A stretch of 64,000 nucleotides of DNA from a virus (Duplodnaviria > Caudoviricetes). The translations under genes were made by a program, and so were the position numbers. Numbering within the stretch: the first letter of the stretch is position 1; each line of letters opens with the position of its first letter. The stretch is taken from positions 32,001 to 96,000 of IMG/VR virus record IMGVR_UViG_3300028832_000095, one strand, 5' to 3'. Shown here piece by piece: positions 47,130-57,468 of this stretch. The notes below the pieces were generated by a model. That model was not told where the DNA came from, made no database searches, and saw only the letters and a list, made by a program, of their open reading frames with translations.

Positions 47130-47672
47130 ATGGAAGAGAATGTTCTTAAATTAAAGGAACCGGAAGCATCATCAAAAGCACTTATGAAGCAGTTGGCAGA
47201 CAATGATCCAGAATTACTTGTTGACATAAACGGTGAACAACTTGTAGCACGAACAAAACTGTTTGTTATTGCACAAGCAAGAAACAATCTAAATAGAATA
47301 ATCAAACTTACTAACTTCTTGGAAAAACTGGAAGATAAGTTTATAGAAGCTGTTAGCAACAGACTTGAAAACGAACCTGAAAGTATTTCTATGATCTCCC
47401 TTGCAATGGAAACAATAAGCAAGTGTTTAGCGGATGCAAATGAAACAGTTACACAAGTATTGAAGGATGACAGACTACAAAACATAGTTATCAATACTAC
47501 AAATATTATAACACCTGATGGACAGTCTGCAACCGTTGTTGATGCTGATTCCAGAGATGCAATTAGAAACCTTGCCGGAAGTTTGTTATCTCAATTGTCT
47601 AAACTATCTGATGAAACAGAACAGCAGGTAGTTGATGTAGAATATAAGGAAGAGGGCAGTAAAGATGTTTGA
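47130..47672 (+). CDS. Hypothetical helical protein
   Basis: Coiled-coil ORF with RBS. Confidence 0.6.
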   Translation: MEENVLKLKEPEASSKALMKQLADNDPELLVDINGEQLVARTKLFVIAQARNNLNRIIKLTNFLEKLEDKFIEAVSNRLENEPESISMISLAMETISKCLADANETVTQVLKDDRLQNIVINTTNIITPDGQSATVVDADSRDAIRNLAGSLLSQLSKLSDETEQQVVDVEYKEEGSKDV

Positions 47673-48177
47673 TGAATTTAGGGAACTACATGATAACAGA
47701 GAAAGTGACAGTATTCAATATTTCTCTTTTTATGATATAGAAGGTAGTCTAATCCGAGGAGATTCAATTTCCGTATCAATAGATGAAAACGGGCAGTTTA
47801 ATGAACTTTCCGTAACGGTTGACAATATCACAACCACATATGAAAGAAATCTATATACTTATACAACTGAATGCTTATATGTTCTCGGTATAGGTTTTCT
47901 ACTTCCAGGTGACATTGTTAAATTAAAAATAGATTATTGTAAAGAATATGAGCTTAACTATGGTTGGCATACAAATGTATCAGGTCAAACTATATATTCT
48001 TGGTATCTTGTTCCACATCCTGTAAAAGATTATTTCAAAGAAGATAGACAAGGACTTTTTCACAATGTAGATCCAAATATAACAAATACTGGAATTCTAA
48101 CATTTTATAAGGAATATTTAGATACAATAGAAGTTGTGGAGTTTAGAAAGGACAGAAACTCATTCAGCATTATTTGA
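47665..48177 (+). CDS. Hypothetical protein
   Basis: Overlapping start/stop. Confidence 0.6.
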   Translation: MFDEFRELHDNRESDSIQYFSFYDIEGSLIRGDSISVSIDENGQFNELSVTVDNITTTYERNLYTYTTECLYVLGIGFLLPGDIVKLKIDYCKEYELNYGWHTNVSGQTIYSWYLVPHPVKDYFKEDRQGLFHNVDPNITNTGILTFYKEYLDTIEVVEFRKDRNSFSII

Positions 48178-48187
48178 GGTGATATGA

Positions 48188-49516
48188 ATGGCGTATGCGG
48201 TTAGCACATCATACCCGAATGTTATTAGAAGCGGTGATCCACTTCTAATTAGACTTAATGAATATGCTTTATTAGCTGGAAATAATAATTTCTGGGCTAA
48301 GTTTAAGTTCGGTATACAATTCAAAGGATATCTCATCTATGTTTCTGGAATTAGTATGCCTATAATGGAAATTAAATTTGAAGAGAATCAACTCAACGGA
48401 ACAGGTGGAACAAAAAGAAGTGATGCATTTCAACTTGACATTATACACAGATCGGCAAAAGAATGGTTTGATGATCTAGAAGAACAGTTAGCAAATAAAC
48501 CAAATGACGATTCCTTAAAGAAAGCTATTGATAGGTTTTGTTGGCAGATGCACTATGACATTACAGAATCTCCGACCAATTTTGCAACTACATTTGCTGA
48601 AGATGATTTCTCCAATGTTCGTATTGATACAAAAACAATATCTACATTCAACACACTCCCTGATACAGTTGAAGATGGATGTGTTCTTGTTAGAGATTCT
48701 ATTAAAGGAACTTCTGATGGTACATTATCTTATGCTATGAATAAGGTGGCTGAGAACCTTAGAGGAACAGGTGAATACACTATATCTAAGGCATTGCGTG
48801 ACAGTGATGATTCTACTGCTTATGGTGGAACTGTAAGATCTGTTTCATGTTCTGTAAAATTACAGACCGATGTTGAAGAAGCAAATTTTAATGAAATCAG
48901 CGTAAATCAATTAGGTGCATTTGGCGTTACAAATAGTCATAGAACATTATACGATACTGTTGGTTCTTATGCAGCTTCTGGAAATGATACACTTTCAGGA
49001 ACATTAAATACAGTTGATACAAAGATTGGAACAAATAGTGATTCTTCCTCAACCACCGTTTTTGGTGGAGTAAATAAAACTCTTGACAGAATCGGTCAAT
49101 TCAAAGACAATGCGTATCCGGGAGGAGTTTCAGATAGTTCTGTAACATTGTTTGGTTTGATCGGAGATAGTGATAGAGATGGTAAAAATCTACCTAGTGA
49201 CAATTATAAGACAGTTATGTATAATATTCTTAGAAGATCCGGTTCAAGAGACATGAATGGTGCATTGTTACAGTCTAACTCTGTCGCACAGAAGATAATT
49301 GATGGTGCCGGTTCTGGATCAACATCTACGATCAATACAATAGACACAAATGTTAGTACGATTATGTCAAGACTTGGTACACCTTCTTCCGGCAACACTA
49401 TTTGGAGTGGTATTGATTGGATTAGTGGATCCGTTGTTAATCAGAATGTAAACGGTGCAACATTTAGAGTTTCAAGATCAACATTACCTGTAAATTATGA
49501 ATCAAATTTGTGGTGA
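48188..49516 (+). CDS. Hypothetical G/S/T-rich protein (possibly virion-associated)
   Basis: Repeated KIG/RIG..D..TLFG units typical of fibrous virion proteins. Confidence 0.5.
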   Translation: MAYAVSTSYPNVIRSGDPLLIRLNEYALLAGNNNFWAKFKFGIQFKGYLIYVSGISMPIMEIKFEENQLNGTGGTKRSDAFQLDIIHRSAKEWFDDLEEQLANKPNDDSLKKAIDRFCWQMHYDITESPTNFATTFAEDDFSNVRIDTKTISTFNTLPDTVEDGCVLVRDSIKGTSDGTLSYAMNKVAENLRGTGEYTISKALRDSDDSTAYGGTVRSVSCSVKLQTDVEEANFNEISVNQLGAFGVTNSHRTLYDTVGSYAASGNDTLSGTLNTVDTKIGTNSDSSSTTVFGGVNKTLDRIGQFKDNAYPGGVSDSSVTLFGLIGDSDRDGKNLPSDNYKTVMYNILRRSGSRDMNGALLQSNSVAQKIIDGAGSGSTSTINTIDTNVSTIMSRLGTPSSGNTIWSGIDWISGSVVNQNVNGATFRVSRSTLPVNYESNLW

Positions 49517-49522
49517 TATTAA

Positions 49523-50113
49523 ATGAATACAATATTAGAAATATCTAATTGGAATCAATTAGTAAAAGCAAGATCAGAAAACTATCCTAATCTGAGAATA
49601 GTTGTAACACAATATAACTCAGAAGAATTAGTTGGAACAAAAATATCTGTTGTAGACTATAACACTAATGATATTTATTTCTCGGCGTTTGCCACAGATA
49701 TGTCTTCCACTATTATTCCGGAAACCGGAACAATGTGGAACGATGATATAATGAAAGTTCTAAATGATTTTGAGTTTAACGTGAAGTTCTCAGAGCCAAT
49801 TGCTGTATCTCAAAATGTTATGACAATTCTGGAAGGACTGTATGCCGGAGGATATCGTTATATTTATAAGCATTATATTCCCTGTATTGGGTATGTAAGC
49901 CCTGAAAAATACGGTTATGATTTCAAGAAGTATGTAAAGCGTGAAATGGATATTTATGCTTCTGTGAACATCAACAACGATGGGGAGAATATTCCTGTAT
50001 CTAAAATTCCGGAATTTCATAGGGATGAATGGGAATGGGTTAAAGCATTTACATCATACCCAATAAAAGATATAATTGATACAGGAACAGTACCAAATGG
50101 ACAACCTATATAA
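49523..50113 (+). CDS. Hypothetical protein
   Basis: ORF. Confidence 0.6.
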   Translation: MNTILEISNWNQLVKARSENYPNLRIVVTQYNSEELVGTKISVVDYNTNDIYFSAFATDMSSTIIPETGTMWNDDIMKVLNDFEFNVKFSEPIAVSQNVMTILEGLYAGGYRYIYKHYIPCIGYVSPEKYGYDFKKYVKREMDIYASVNINNDGENIPVSKIPEFHRDEWEWVKAFTSYPIKDIIDTGTVPNGQPI

Positions 50114-50462
50114 TCAAAATTTAGAAATACCAATAGATAACAAATTATCCTCTTATTACATTGTTGACAGTGATCTTAGATATCTATCTACTGTGAAAGA
50201 AGAATACTATTATTTATTTTATGTAGATTCAGGTGTTTTAGGGGAGTTGATTAGTGAAACAGTCAATGAATATGAATTTGATTGTTTTGTAATAACTAAT
50301 CATACACCAATACTTTCTGCGGTATGTGAGATAAAAAAGGATGTTCGTTATGTAACTATAAAGACACAATCGGGAAACTTTAAGCATAAGAAGTCCAGAA
50401 AATCACAAGAGGATAATGTGTTATCACGGTATACAAATAAAAATAAAACTAAACTATTCTAA
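50097..50462 (+). CDS. Hypothetical protein
   Basis: ORF overlapping the upstream stop. Confidence 0.55.
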   Translation: MDNLYNQNLEIPIDNKLSSYYIVDSDLRYLSTVKEEYYYLFYVDSGVLGELISETVNEYEFDCFVITNHTPILSAVCEIKKDVRYVTIKTQSGNFKHKKSRKSQEDNVLSRYTNKNKTKLF

Positions 50463-50465
50463 GGA

Positions 50466-51185
50466 GTGATCTTATTGGCACGACCGAAGAAAGTTGAAAC
50501 TTGTAAAGATGTACCACAAACTCTTCAAGAACATCCTTTTTATGGATTTCAACTAGACGATGATCAGAGAAATTTCAGAGATTGTATCTGGGATGAAAAG
50601 AAACGTATTGTCTTCTGCAACGCCAAGGCGGGATCTGGGAAGAGCCTTATGGCATTTGCAACAGCAAATCTACTTTATGAATATGGATTATATGACGGAA
50701 TTATATATGTCGTAAGTCCATACGGTGAAGGTAAACAAGGTTATTTACCGGGAGATATTACAGAAAAGTCAGAGGTTTATTTTGAACCAATATATCAAGC
50801 AATGATAAAGTGTAATATCTTTCCACCAAAAGCCGTATATAGTGAATCCCTTGCAACTTCTAATAAAGAATCAACAGGATATGTTAAATGTCTAACACAT
50901 ACATACTTGAGAGGAACTAACTTTGAGAATAAGGTAGTTATCATTGATGAAGCACAAAATGTAGGATTTCCGGACTTAAAGAAAATCTTGACCCGTGTAA
51001 ACGATAATTGTAAAGTCATTGTGATAGGACACAATTTGCAGAAGGATATTGCTGATCCGAAAGACTCCTTTGTGCGATATATGAATTATTTTGAAAGCCT
51101 TAATGATGACCGTGTTGCTATATGTAAGTTGACAAAGAATTATCGTGGATGGATCAGTCAAACAGCAGATTCATTTGAACTATGA
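50466..51185 (+). CDS. phoH: PhoH-family ATPase
   Basis: AGSGKS, GYLPG, YLRGTNF, IIDEAQN, LTRV, GH..Q.D. Confidence 0.92.
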   Translation: MILLARPKKVETCKDVPQTLQEHPFYGFQLDDDQRNFRDCIWDEKKRIVFCNAKAGSGKSLMAFATANLLYEYGLYDGIIYVVSPYGEGKQGYLPGDITEKSEVYFEPIYQAMIKCNIFPPKAVYSESLATSNKESTGYVKCLTHTYLRGTNFENKVVIIDEAQNVGFPDLKKILTRVNDNCKVIVIGHNLQKDIADPKDSFVRYMNYFESLNDDRVAICKLTKNYRGWISQTADSFEL

Positions 51186-51189
51186 TAAT

Positions 51190-51233
51190 ATATTGGTGTG
51201 TTTATATTTAATGAACACACCAATATTTTTTTT
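51190..51233 (+). terminator. Rho-independent terminator
   Basis: atattggtgtgtttat/atgaacacaccaatat followed by a T run. Confidence 0.85.
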
Positions 51234-51243
51234 GAATTATAAC

Positions 51244-51272
51244 TTGACTTTTTATTACTATTGTGTTATAAT
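51244..51272 (+). promoter_or_regulatory. Sigma-A-type promoter
   Basis: TTGACT-17bp-TATAAT. Confidence 0.85.
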
Positions 51273-51295
51273 ATAAAAGAAAGAGGTGTTGAACG

Positions 51296-51556
51296 GTGTT
51301 AGATGCTGTTTTTAGTAAAACATTTTATCTTAATATGATTAGAGCTAAGCAGTCGGAAATTCAAAAAGATGTAGATTCTTTATATAAGGAAGTTGATATT
51401 CTTTCAGCAAGAATGGCAACTGTATCAAAAATAGACAAAGAAAAGCATACACAATTAAGCAAAGAAAGAAGACATTTATATTATCTTATAAACAGGGGTA
51501 ATAAAAAAATAGCTAAACTGGAACAGGATTATAAAAGGTTTGATAGAATGATGTAA
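51296..51556 (+). CDS. Small coiled-coil protein
   Basis: GAGGTG RBS; heptad pattern. Confidence 0.6.
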   Translation: MLDAVFSKTFYLNMIRAKQSEIQKDVDSLYKEVDILSARMATVSKIDKEKHTQLSKERRHLYYLINRGNKKIAKLEQDYKRFDRMM

Positions 51557-51563
51557 CCGTTAG

Positions 51564-53762
51564 GTGGTGTGTATACAATTGGAAGAGAGATATGTGAAGT
51601 TTTTTGATCTACTACCAAAAACAGCACAATTATCATTACGAATGCTTGTGCCGAATAAGTATGAAAAACTAGACACGGAAATATTATCATGTGTTTGTAT
51701 TCAGCAAGGAATTCTAAAAAAGACAGTAATAGATAATCTAAAAGAAACAGCAGATCGTGTTGTCAACAATATAGCAAAACAGGATTCTTCATGTAAGAAA
51801 GAAATCAAGGAGTTTTCAGATCTTGAAATAACTGATGAATTTGCGGAGTTCCTTGATAACTATTTATTCTTCACAAGCGTATACGGCGATAAATTAAATT
51901 CAAACCTTATAACATACTATGTCACATATCTTCTGGTTTCAAATAAACATTTGAAAAGTCATACATTCTTTGACGCACATCTATATGTAAAATATAAGTC
52001 AAAAGTAGAATCGGAACTAATGCAAGTGATACTTTCAAGCATAGGAATAGTATTATCCGAAGAACTTATCAAATATGGTGATTATATAACGAATCCTCTT
52101 ATGTTAAATCAGTATCCATGTTTTGGAAGGGATACCGAGGTAAAACAATGTGTAGATACTTTATGTAGATTTAAGAAGTCGAATGTAATTCTTGTTGGAC
52201 AACCGGGAGTTGGAAAGACAAGTATCGTATACGGTTTGTGCAATTATCTTCAATCTCCGCATTGTCCAAAACAACTTAAAGGAAAAAGTATATTTTCCCT
52301 AAACGTGAATAGACTTATTAGCGGAACCACATACAGGGGTGATCTTGAAAAAAGAATTTCCGATGTTATAAAGGAACTTGAATCAAATAGAAACATAATT
52401 CTATTCATAGATGAGATACATACATTATTCAATAAACCTACCGGAGATGACACATCTGCATCAATACAGAATGTTTTTAAGCCGTATCTTGCGGAAAATT
52501 CTATGGTAGTTGGATGCACAACTGAGAAAGAGTATAAGATCATAGAATCTGATAGAGCCTTTGAAAGAAGATTTCAGAAAATTCAGGTAAAGGAAACAGG
52601 TGTTGAACAAACAGTTAAGATCATTATGTCCGTGAAAGATAAATATGAGAAATTTCATGGAGTATCCATACCAGATAGCATTTGTAATTATATTGTGAAT
52701 CAATGTGATACCAGAATTCGTAATAAGTTCTTTCCAGATAAAGCCTTTGATATATTGGATAAGAGCTGCGTTATGTGTAAGAATAAAGAAGTAGATATTT
52801 CAACTGATATTATTGACAACAGTATATCCGATTATATGAATATAAACGGATCGGATTCAGTTGATGTTGAAAGCATAAGAAGTCGTATAAAATCAAAAAT
52901 ACTCGGTCAGGATGAAGCAGTAGATACTGTTTTTAGATATATCCAAAAATATCTATTTGGAATAGTATCTGATAAAAAGCCATTAGGTTCTTTTTTGTTT
53001 GTAGGACCAACAGGAGTTGGAAAAACAGAATTGTGCCGTCAATTGGCATCTGAATTATTCTCCCCAGAAAGTTTTATAAGATTAGATATGTCTGAATTCA
53101 TGGAAGCACATTCTGTTTCTAAACTTATAGGATCTCCACCGGGATATGTTGGTTTTTATTCAGGTGGAAGTCTTACAGAAAAAGTAAAGAACAATGCTCA
53201 CGCTGTAATACTTGTAGACGAAGTAGAAAAAGCACATAAGGATGTTTTGAATATATTTCTTCAAATAATGGATGATGGTAGACTAACTGATTCAAGTGGA
53301 ACAACTATTGATTTCAGAAATACATTCATAATAATGACTTCAAATATAGGATGTAAGGAATATCTGGAACATAAGAATATTGGGTTTAACTCTGTTTCGG
53401 AAGATACTGATATCCTGAAAAAGAGTGTTGAACAATACTTCTCCCCTGAGTTTTTGAATAGACTGGATGAAGTTATATACTTTAATTCGATCACCGAGGA
53501 ATCATGTAAAGATATCACAAATATAATTATTGATAATAGGATAACTATGTATGATAAAAAAATGTCATTAGGTATATCTGTTTCAGATAAGGCAAGGATC
53601 AGGATAGCAGAAATGAGTTATAATAAAAAATATGGCGCAAGGTATACTGAACGAAAAGTAAATGATATTCTTGATGATGTTATTCTATTTAACAATAATG
53701 AATGTTTTATATTAGATAAGAATAATGATATTTGGTCTGTGGAGGTTAAAGATGAAAAGTAA
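51564..53762 (+). CDS. ClpA/ClpC-type double AAA+ ATPase
   Basis: GQPGVGKT, LFIDEIH, AFERRF, FPDKAFD, GPTGVGKT, RLDMSEF, LIGSPPGYVG, DEVEKAH, IGF loop. Confidence 0.9.
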   Translation: MVCIQLEERYVKFFDLLPKTAQLSLRMLVPNKYEKLDTEILSCVCIQQGILKKTVIDNLKETADRVVNNIAKQDSSCKKEIKEFSDLEITDEFAEFLDNYLFFTSVYGDKLNSNLITYYVTYLLVSNKHLKSHTFFDAHLYVKYKSKVESELMQVILSSIGIVLSEELIKYGDYITNPLMLNQYPCFGRDTEVKQCVDTLCRFKKSNVILVGQPGVGKTSIVYGLCNYLQSPHCPKQLKGKSIFSLNVNRLISGTTYRGDLEKRISDVIKELESNRNIILFIDEIHTLFNKPTGDDTSASIQNVFKPYLAENSMVVGCTTEKEYKIIESDRAFERRFQKIQVKETGVEQTVKIIMSVKDKYEKFHGVSIPDSICNYIVNQCDTRIRNKFFPDKAFDILDKSCVMCKNKEVDISTDIIDNSISDYMNINGSDSVDVESIRSRIKSKILGQDEAVDTVFRYIQKYLFGIVSDKKPLGSFLFVGPTGVGKTELCRQLASELFSPESFIRLDMSEFMEAHSVSKLIGSPPGYVGFYSGGSLTEKVKNNAHAVILVDEVEKAHKDVLNIFLQIMDDGRLTDSSGTTIDFRNTFIIMTSNIGCKEYLEHKNIGFNSVSEDTDILKKSVEQYFSPEFLNRLDEVIYFNSITEESCKDITNIIIDNRITMYDKKMSLGISVSDKARIRIAEMSYNKKYGARYTERKVNDILDDVILFNNNECFILDKNNDIWSVEVKDEK

Positions 53763-54066
53763 TATCAAAAGAGCTATTGCTAAGAAAGCGTCACAATCAC
53801 TTCTTACATTTGATAATATTGGACATGGGTTGAAAGTTGCACATCTCAGTTATCTTGGAAAATCCGCTGTTGAATCAAAACTCAATTCTGTACTAACCAT
53901 AAAGAAATGGGTATATGACGAAGAATCTTCTTTGTGGTTTGCCCATGTTACAACTCTTGGAGGAACTGAGTTTGATGTGGAAGCGTCCTCTATGGAAGAA
54001 GTTATTGAGGAATGCAATAACTATTATGAAGAAATTTCTAAAAAGTCCTTGACAAATGAGCAATAA
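53752..54066 (+). CDS. Hypothetical protein
   Basis: GGAGG RBS. Confidence 0.6.
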   Translation: MKSNIKRAIAKKASQSLLTFDNIGHGLKVAHLSYLGKSAVESKLNSVLTIKKWVYDEESSLWFAHVTTLGGTEFDVEASSMEEVIEECNNYYEEISKKSLTNEQ

Positions 54067-54077
54067 TGTGTTATACT
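54049..54077 (+). promoter_or_regulatory. Sigma-A-type promoter
   Basis: TTGACA-17bp-TATACT. Confidence 0.8.
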
Positions 54078-54096
54078 ATAATTGTAGATTGTGTAG

Positions 54097-54510
54097 GTGA
54101 CATATATGGACTTCAAGGAACTATATAAAGAAGTATTTGATACTGTTCTGGATTCTGATATACTGAGGAATTCAACAGTTCTAATGCTTGGAAAAGATCT
54201 AACCGAATCAGATAGGCTTGAAATCTTGGAACATTTATCTTTAAGACTTCAAGTTGAGTTTGGAAAAACAGTTCGATTCATTTCATCATATGGGGATAAA
54301 AGTGACATTCTAATACAAAAAGGATACGATTCAAGTTACCTTCCAACAGAATTCAATCCCCAAGAAACAGCATTCATAGCGAATGTATATGTAGGTAATT
54401 TCAATAGGTTAAACAGTTGGGAAGTTGATATGCTATCTCAATTAGCTTACTATAAATTTCCTGTATACGGTTTTAGTTCATACCAGTCAATTAAGGTTTA
54501 CGAACCTTAA
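54097..54510 (+). CDS. Hypothetical protein
   Basis: ORF after promoter. Confidence 0.55.
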   Translation: MTYMDFKELYKEVFDTVLDSDILRNSTVLMLGKDLTESDRLEILEHLSLRLQVEFGKTVRFISSYGDKSDILIQKGYDSSYLPTEFNPQETAFIANVYVGNFNRLNSWEVDMLSQLAYYKFPVYGFSSYQSIKVYEP

Positions 54511-54538
54511 AAATAAATAACATTGGAGGTTTTCCACC

Positions 54539-54736
54539 ATGACTAACAAGCCTATTGTTCACGGTTGTTTTGATCCGACTGAGGTTCCTTATTGGTGCAG
54601 AAGGTGCATTCATTATAAGAGTGGGAAAGGTTTACCGTTTCCTGTTTGTGATAAAAGGGAAGATGGAAAGTTTAAGCCCGAAATGGGTAATACTTGTCTG
54701 AGATTAAGACCCGTAAAGGAGGAACCTAAAGAATGA
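54539..54736 (+). CDS. Small Cys-rich protein
   Basis: GGAGG RBS; CRRC..C..C. Confidence 0.6.
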   Translation: MTNKPIVHGCFDPTEVPYWCRRCIHYKSGKGLPFPVCDKREDGKFKPEMGNTCLRLRPVKEEPKE

Positions 54737-55098
54737 TTGAATGTGAAGGATATATTGCCTATCACGGTGATATGGAAATAACTCCAATGAATCCAGATAT
54801 TGAACCATTTACTATTTATAATAAAGATTTTCTGTATAAGCCTGATACCGGATGTTGGTATGGAAACGGAAGAAGTTTTCCAAAAGAAATCGTATCTGGA
54901 ACATTTGAGTATATAGAAAAACAAGATAAGAAATGTGGCAATAGTTTCACGGTATCTGATGGTGTGGATGAAGTAGATCCATGTCTTTATGATGTTATTG
55001 AAACTCATAGAAATGTGACCGTTGAAGTTTTGAAGTGCTGCAACTGTGGTCACATTGAAGTATCTTGGCATGAAGATTGGGGAGATCAGGAGGTTTGA
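54733..55098 (+). CDS. Hypothetical protein with zinc-ribbon C-terminus
   Basis: CCNCGH. Confidence 0.6.
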   Translation: MIECEGYIAYHGDMEITPMNPDIEPFTIYNKDFLYKPDTGCWYGNGRSFPKEIVSGTFEYIEKQDKKCGNSFTVSDGVDEVDPCLYDVIETHRNVTVEVLKCCNCGHIEVSWHEDWGDQEV

Positions 55099-55103
55099 AA
55101 TAA

Positions 55104-55676
55104 ATGAAAAAGTTAAAGATAAACATAGATATTGATAATACTGTAAATGACTTTATTGAAAAGTTTGTTCACTTCTGCAATGGAATGCGACCAATTGAAA
55201 ATCAATTCTATGTAGATGCTATGGTGGAATACTCTCTTGAAAAGGATACAAATATAAATGATTCTGTGCTATCAACGCTGTTCTTTAAGAATCCGTCTTT
55301 TTACAAACAGTTAAAACCTCTTAAAGATGCCGAATGGGTAATTGAAAATCTAAATAAAGAACATATAGTAAAATTTGTAACTTCTATTGACTATGATGTT
55401 ATTGATGCCAGAATACAGTTTATAAATAGATACTTCCCGTCAGTGGATATCGGAAAGCAACTTCTTGTTACAAACGATAAACATTCTATTTATGCTGATA
55501 TTGTTATTGATGATTATATCAAACATATGAATAACGTGAATCCAAACTGCAAATTCCTACTATATGATCAGCCGTGGAATAGAAATTTCAATGAGAGGAT
55601 TGCAAGAACAGATGTAAAACGTGTTTTCTCTTGGGAAGAAGTATATAAATATATAACCGAGATTACTTATTTTTGA
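55104..55676 (+). CDS. 5'(3')-deoxyribonucleotidase (NT5C, HAD family)
   Basis: IDIDNTV, FVTS, K..I..DIVIDD, QPWNR. Confidence 0.85.
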   Translation: MKKLKINIDIDNTVNDFIEKFVHFCNGMRPIENQFYVDAMVEYSLEKDTNINDSVLSTLFFKNPSFYKQLKPLKDAEWVIENLNKEHIVKFVTSIDYDVIDARIQFINRYFPSVDIGKQLLVTNDKHSIYADIVIDDYIKHMNNVNPNCKFLLYDQPWNRNFNERIARTDVKRVFSWEEVYKYITEITYF

Positions 55677-56104
55677 GGAATTTGTTAAATATGACTAATA
55701 AACTGTTAAACAGTCTTTGTAGAATGTATGATTACATATATACTGATAAGCCCTATAAACATACAAAGACCGTTTCCTTTCTTATCTATAAAGGAAAAGT
55801 GGTTAGCTTTGGGATAAATTCAGATAAGACTTCACCTCTACAAAATAAGTATAGGCTTACCACGAAGTTAAGATATGTTGAAAATTTTGTTGATAAGGAA
55901 CATTCCGAGATCAACTGTCTTGGAAAAGTTCATCCAAAATTCAGTTTTAGTAAATGTGAAATAGTTATTATATCTAAAAAACGTGATGGAGAATTTAGAC
56001 TTGCAAGACCATGTGATGTGTGTATGGCTTGTATAAAGGATCTTGGAATTAAAAAAATATACTATACAAACAGGAATCAAACATTTAGCTTTGAAAAGGT
56101 GTGA
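55673..56104 (+). CDS. Zn-dependent deaminase (CMP/dCMP-deaminase fold)
   Basis: HSEINCL ... ARPCDVC ... GIKKIYYT. Confidence 0.75.
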   Translation: MRNLLNMTNKLLNSLCRMYDYIYTDKPYKHTKTVSFLIYKGKVVSFGINSDKTSPLQNKYRLTTKLRYVENFVDKEHSEINCLGKVHPKFSFSKCEIVIISKKRDGEFRLARPCDVCMACIKDLGIKKIYYTNRNQTFSFEKV

Positions 56105-56110
56105 TGTGTT

Positions 56111-56671
56111 TTGGAAACGATTGAGCGACTAAGAGGCTATGGATTTACATATAATCAAACTCTTAATCAACTGATAAAAAATGACACAGACTGTAAGCAT
56201 ATATTCTGGACAATTATTGATCTAACAGAAAGCACATTTCAGTTTATTTTATATAGTCATGAACGGTTTGAGAATTCTGTATATGGTTCGGTGTTATATA
56301 GAATACCGGATTACAGATCCAGAAAGTTGTATATTGATGTTGAAAATTTGGATCATGATAAAATAGTAGAGTTGTCAGACAGATGTTTCCGAGAGTATCT
56401 AAGTAAATATATTAGAAAGAATATCAAAGTCGGGGATGTAGTAAGACATTTCAAATCGAATCCGGAAATCGGAGATCACATTTATAGGATTATAGCAATC
56501 TCACTTGATTGTGTATATGAATCCAAAGAACCACTTGTCACATATCAAGATATAAATAATAATGAAAATTCGTATGTTCGTAAATATTTTGAGTTTATGA
56601 GTTTTGTAGATTTCGACAAATATCCGGATGCCAGACAGGATTATAGATTTGAGATTATTGAACAAAGGTGA
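56111..56671 (+). CDS. Protein with C-terminal DUF1653-like domain
   Basis: GDVVRHFK..Y..LVTYQ..YVR..EFMSFVD..KYPDARQDYRF. Confidence 0.7.
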   Translation: METIERLRGYGFTYNQTLNQLIKNDTDCKHIFWTIIDLTESTFQFILYSHERFENSVYGSVLYRIPDYRSRKLYIDVENLDHDKIVELSDRCFREYLSKYIRKNIKVGDVVRHFKSNPEIGDHIYRIIAISLDCVYESKEPLVTYQDINNNENSYVRKYFEFMSFVDFDKYPDARQDYRFEIIEQR

Positions 56672-56678
56672 GGGAGAA

Positions 56679-57095
56679 ATGAGAATAACTGAGCGTGTAT
56701 ACGATTATAATAAACATACGTTCTGGAATGACTGTTATAGTCCAGATATTGAAAATCTGACAATAAAGGAGAAAGCCATCTCTTTTATTCCTAGCTTCGT
56801 GCAATTATATGATGTTATATATGATAAGAAAAGTTATGTGGTTGTTGAATATCAGTATGAGGATACTGAAAAGCTGCTTCTTATAAATATGTCAGATCCA
56901 ATGTTCAATGTTGAGGATATTTATAACTCCGGAGCATTATTTATTGAAATGGCTATCAAAAAAGACACGATTGATCTTTTTAGATATGAGGGTAAAAAGA
57001 ACACGGCATACAAAGTTATAACCCAAAATGGATTCTCTCAATACTACCACTTAAAACAATTTTCCGAAGAATTGAGAGAGGTGAATAATAAATGA
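56679..57095 (+). CDS. Hypothetical protein
   Basis: ORF with RBS. Confidence 0.55.
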   Translation: MRITERVYDYNKHTFWNDCYSPDIENLTIKEKAISFIPSFVQLYDVIYDKKSYVVVEYQYEDTEKLLLINMSDPMFNVEDIYNSGALFIEMAIKKDTIDLFRYEGKKNTAYKVITQNGFSQYYHLKQFSEELREVNNK

Positions 57096-57376
57096 CAGAA
57101 GAAGATCGGAAATATTGGAATGACTTTTGGAATAAAATAGCACAGCATGAATATGAATTCCTTGATTCAAAGGATCTACTACCTTACATAGACAAGGATA
57201 AAGATATCTATGATATTATGTGTGATATTGAGAATGCCTTTGAAGATGAATATTTATCGAAACATGAAAATGATGAATGTTTGTTTAACATGATTTCATC
57301 TGATGAATTTGTCAATTATATTTGCAATAGATATAAATTAAAGACCAGAGAGGAAACAAAACTGTTCTTTTGTTGA
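57092..57376 (+). CDS. Hypothetical acidic protein
   Basis: GAGGTG RBS. Confidence 0.6.
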   Translation: MTEEDRKYWNDFWNKIAQHEYEFLDSKDLLPYIDKDKDIYDIMCDIENAFEDEYLSKHENDECLFNMISSDEFVNYICNRYKLKTREETKLFFC

Positions 57377-57384
57377 ATATATAC

Positions 57385-57416
57385 AAAAATCCACACAAAT
57401 ACTGTGTGGATTTTTT
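57385..57416 (+). terminator. Rho-independent terminator
   Basis: aaaaatccacaca-aatac-tgtgtggattttt. Confidence 0.85.
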
Positions 57417-57439
57417 ATTCTTATTTTTTCAAAAACAAC

Positions 57440-57468
57440 TTGACATTTCTTGAAATATGTGTTATACT
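57440..57468 (+). promoter_or_regulatory. Sigma-A-type promoter
   Basis: TTGACA-17bp-TATACT followed by the conserved ATATTTACAAGG. Confidence 0.85.
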
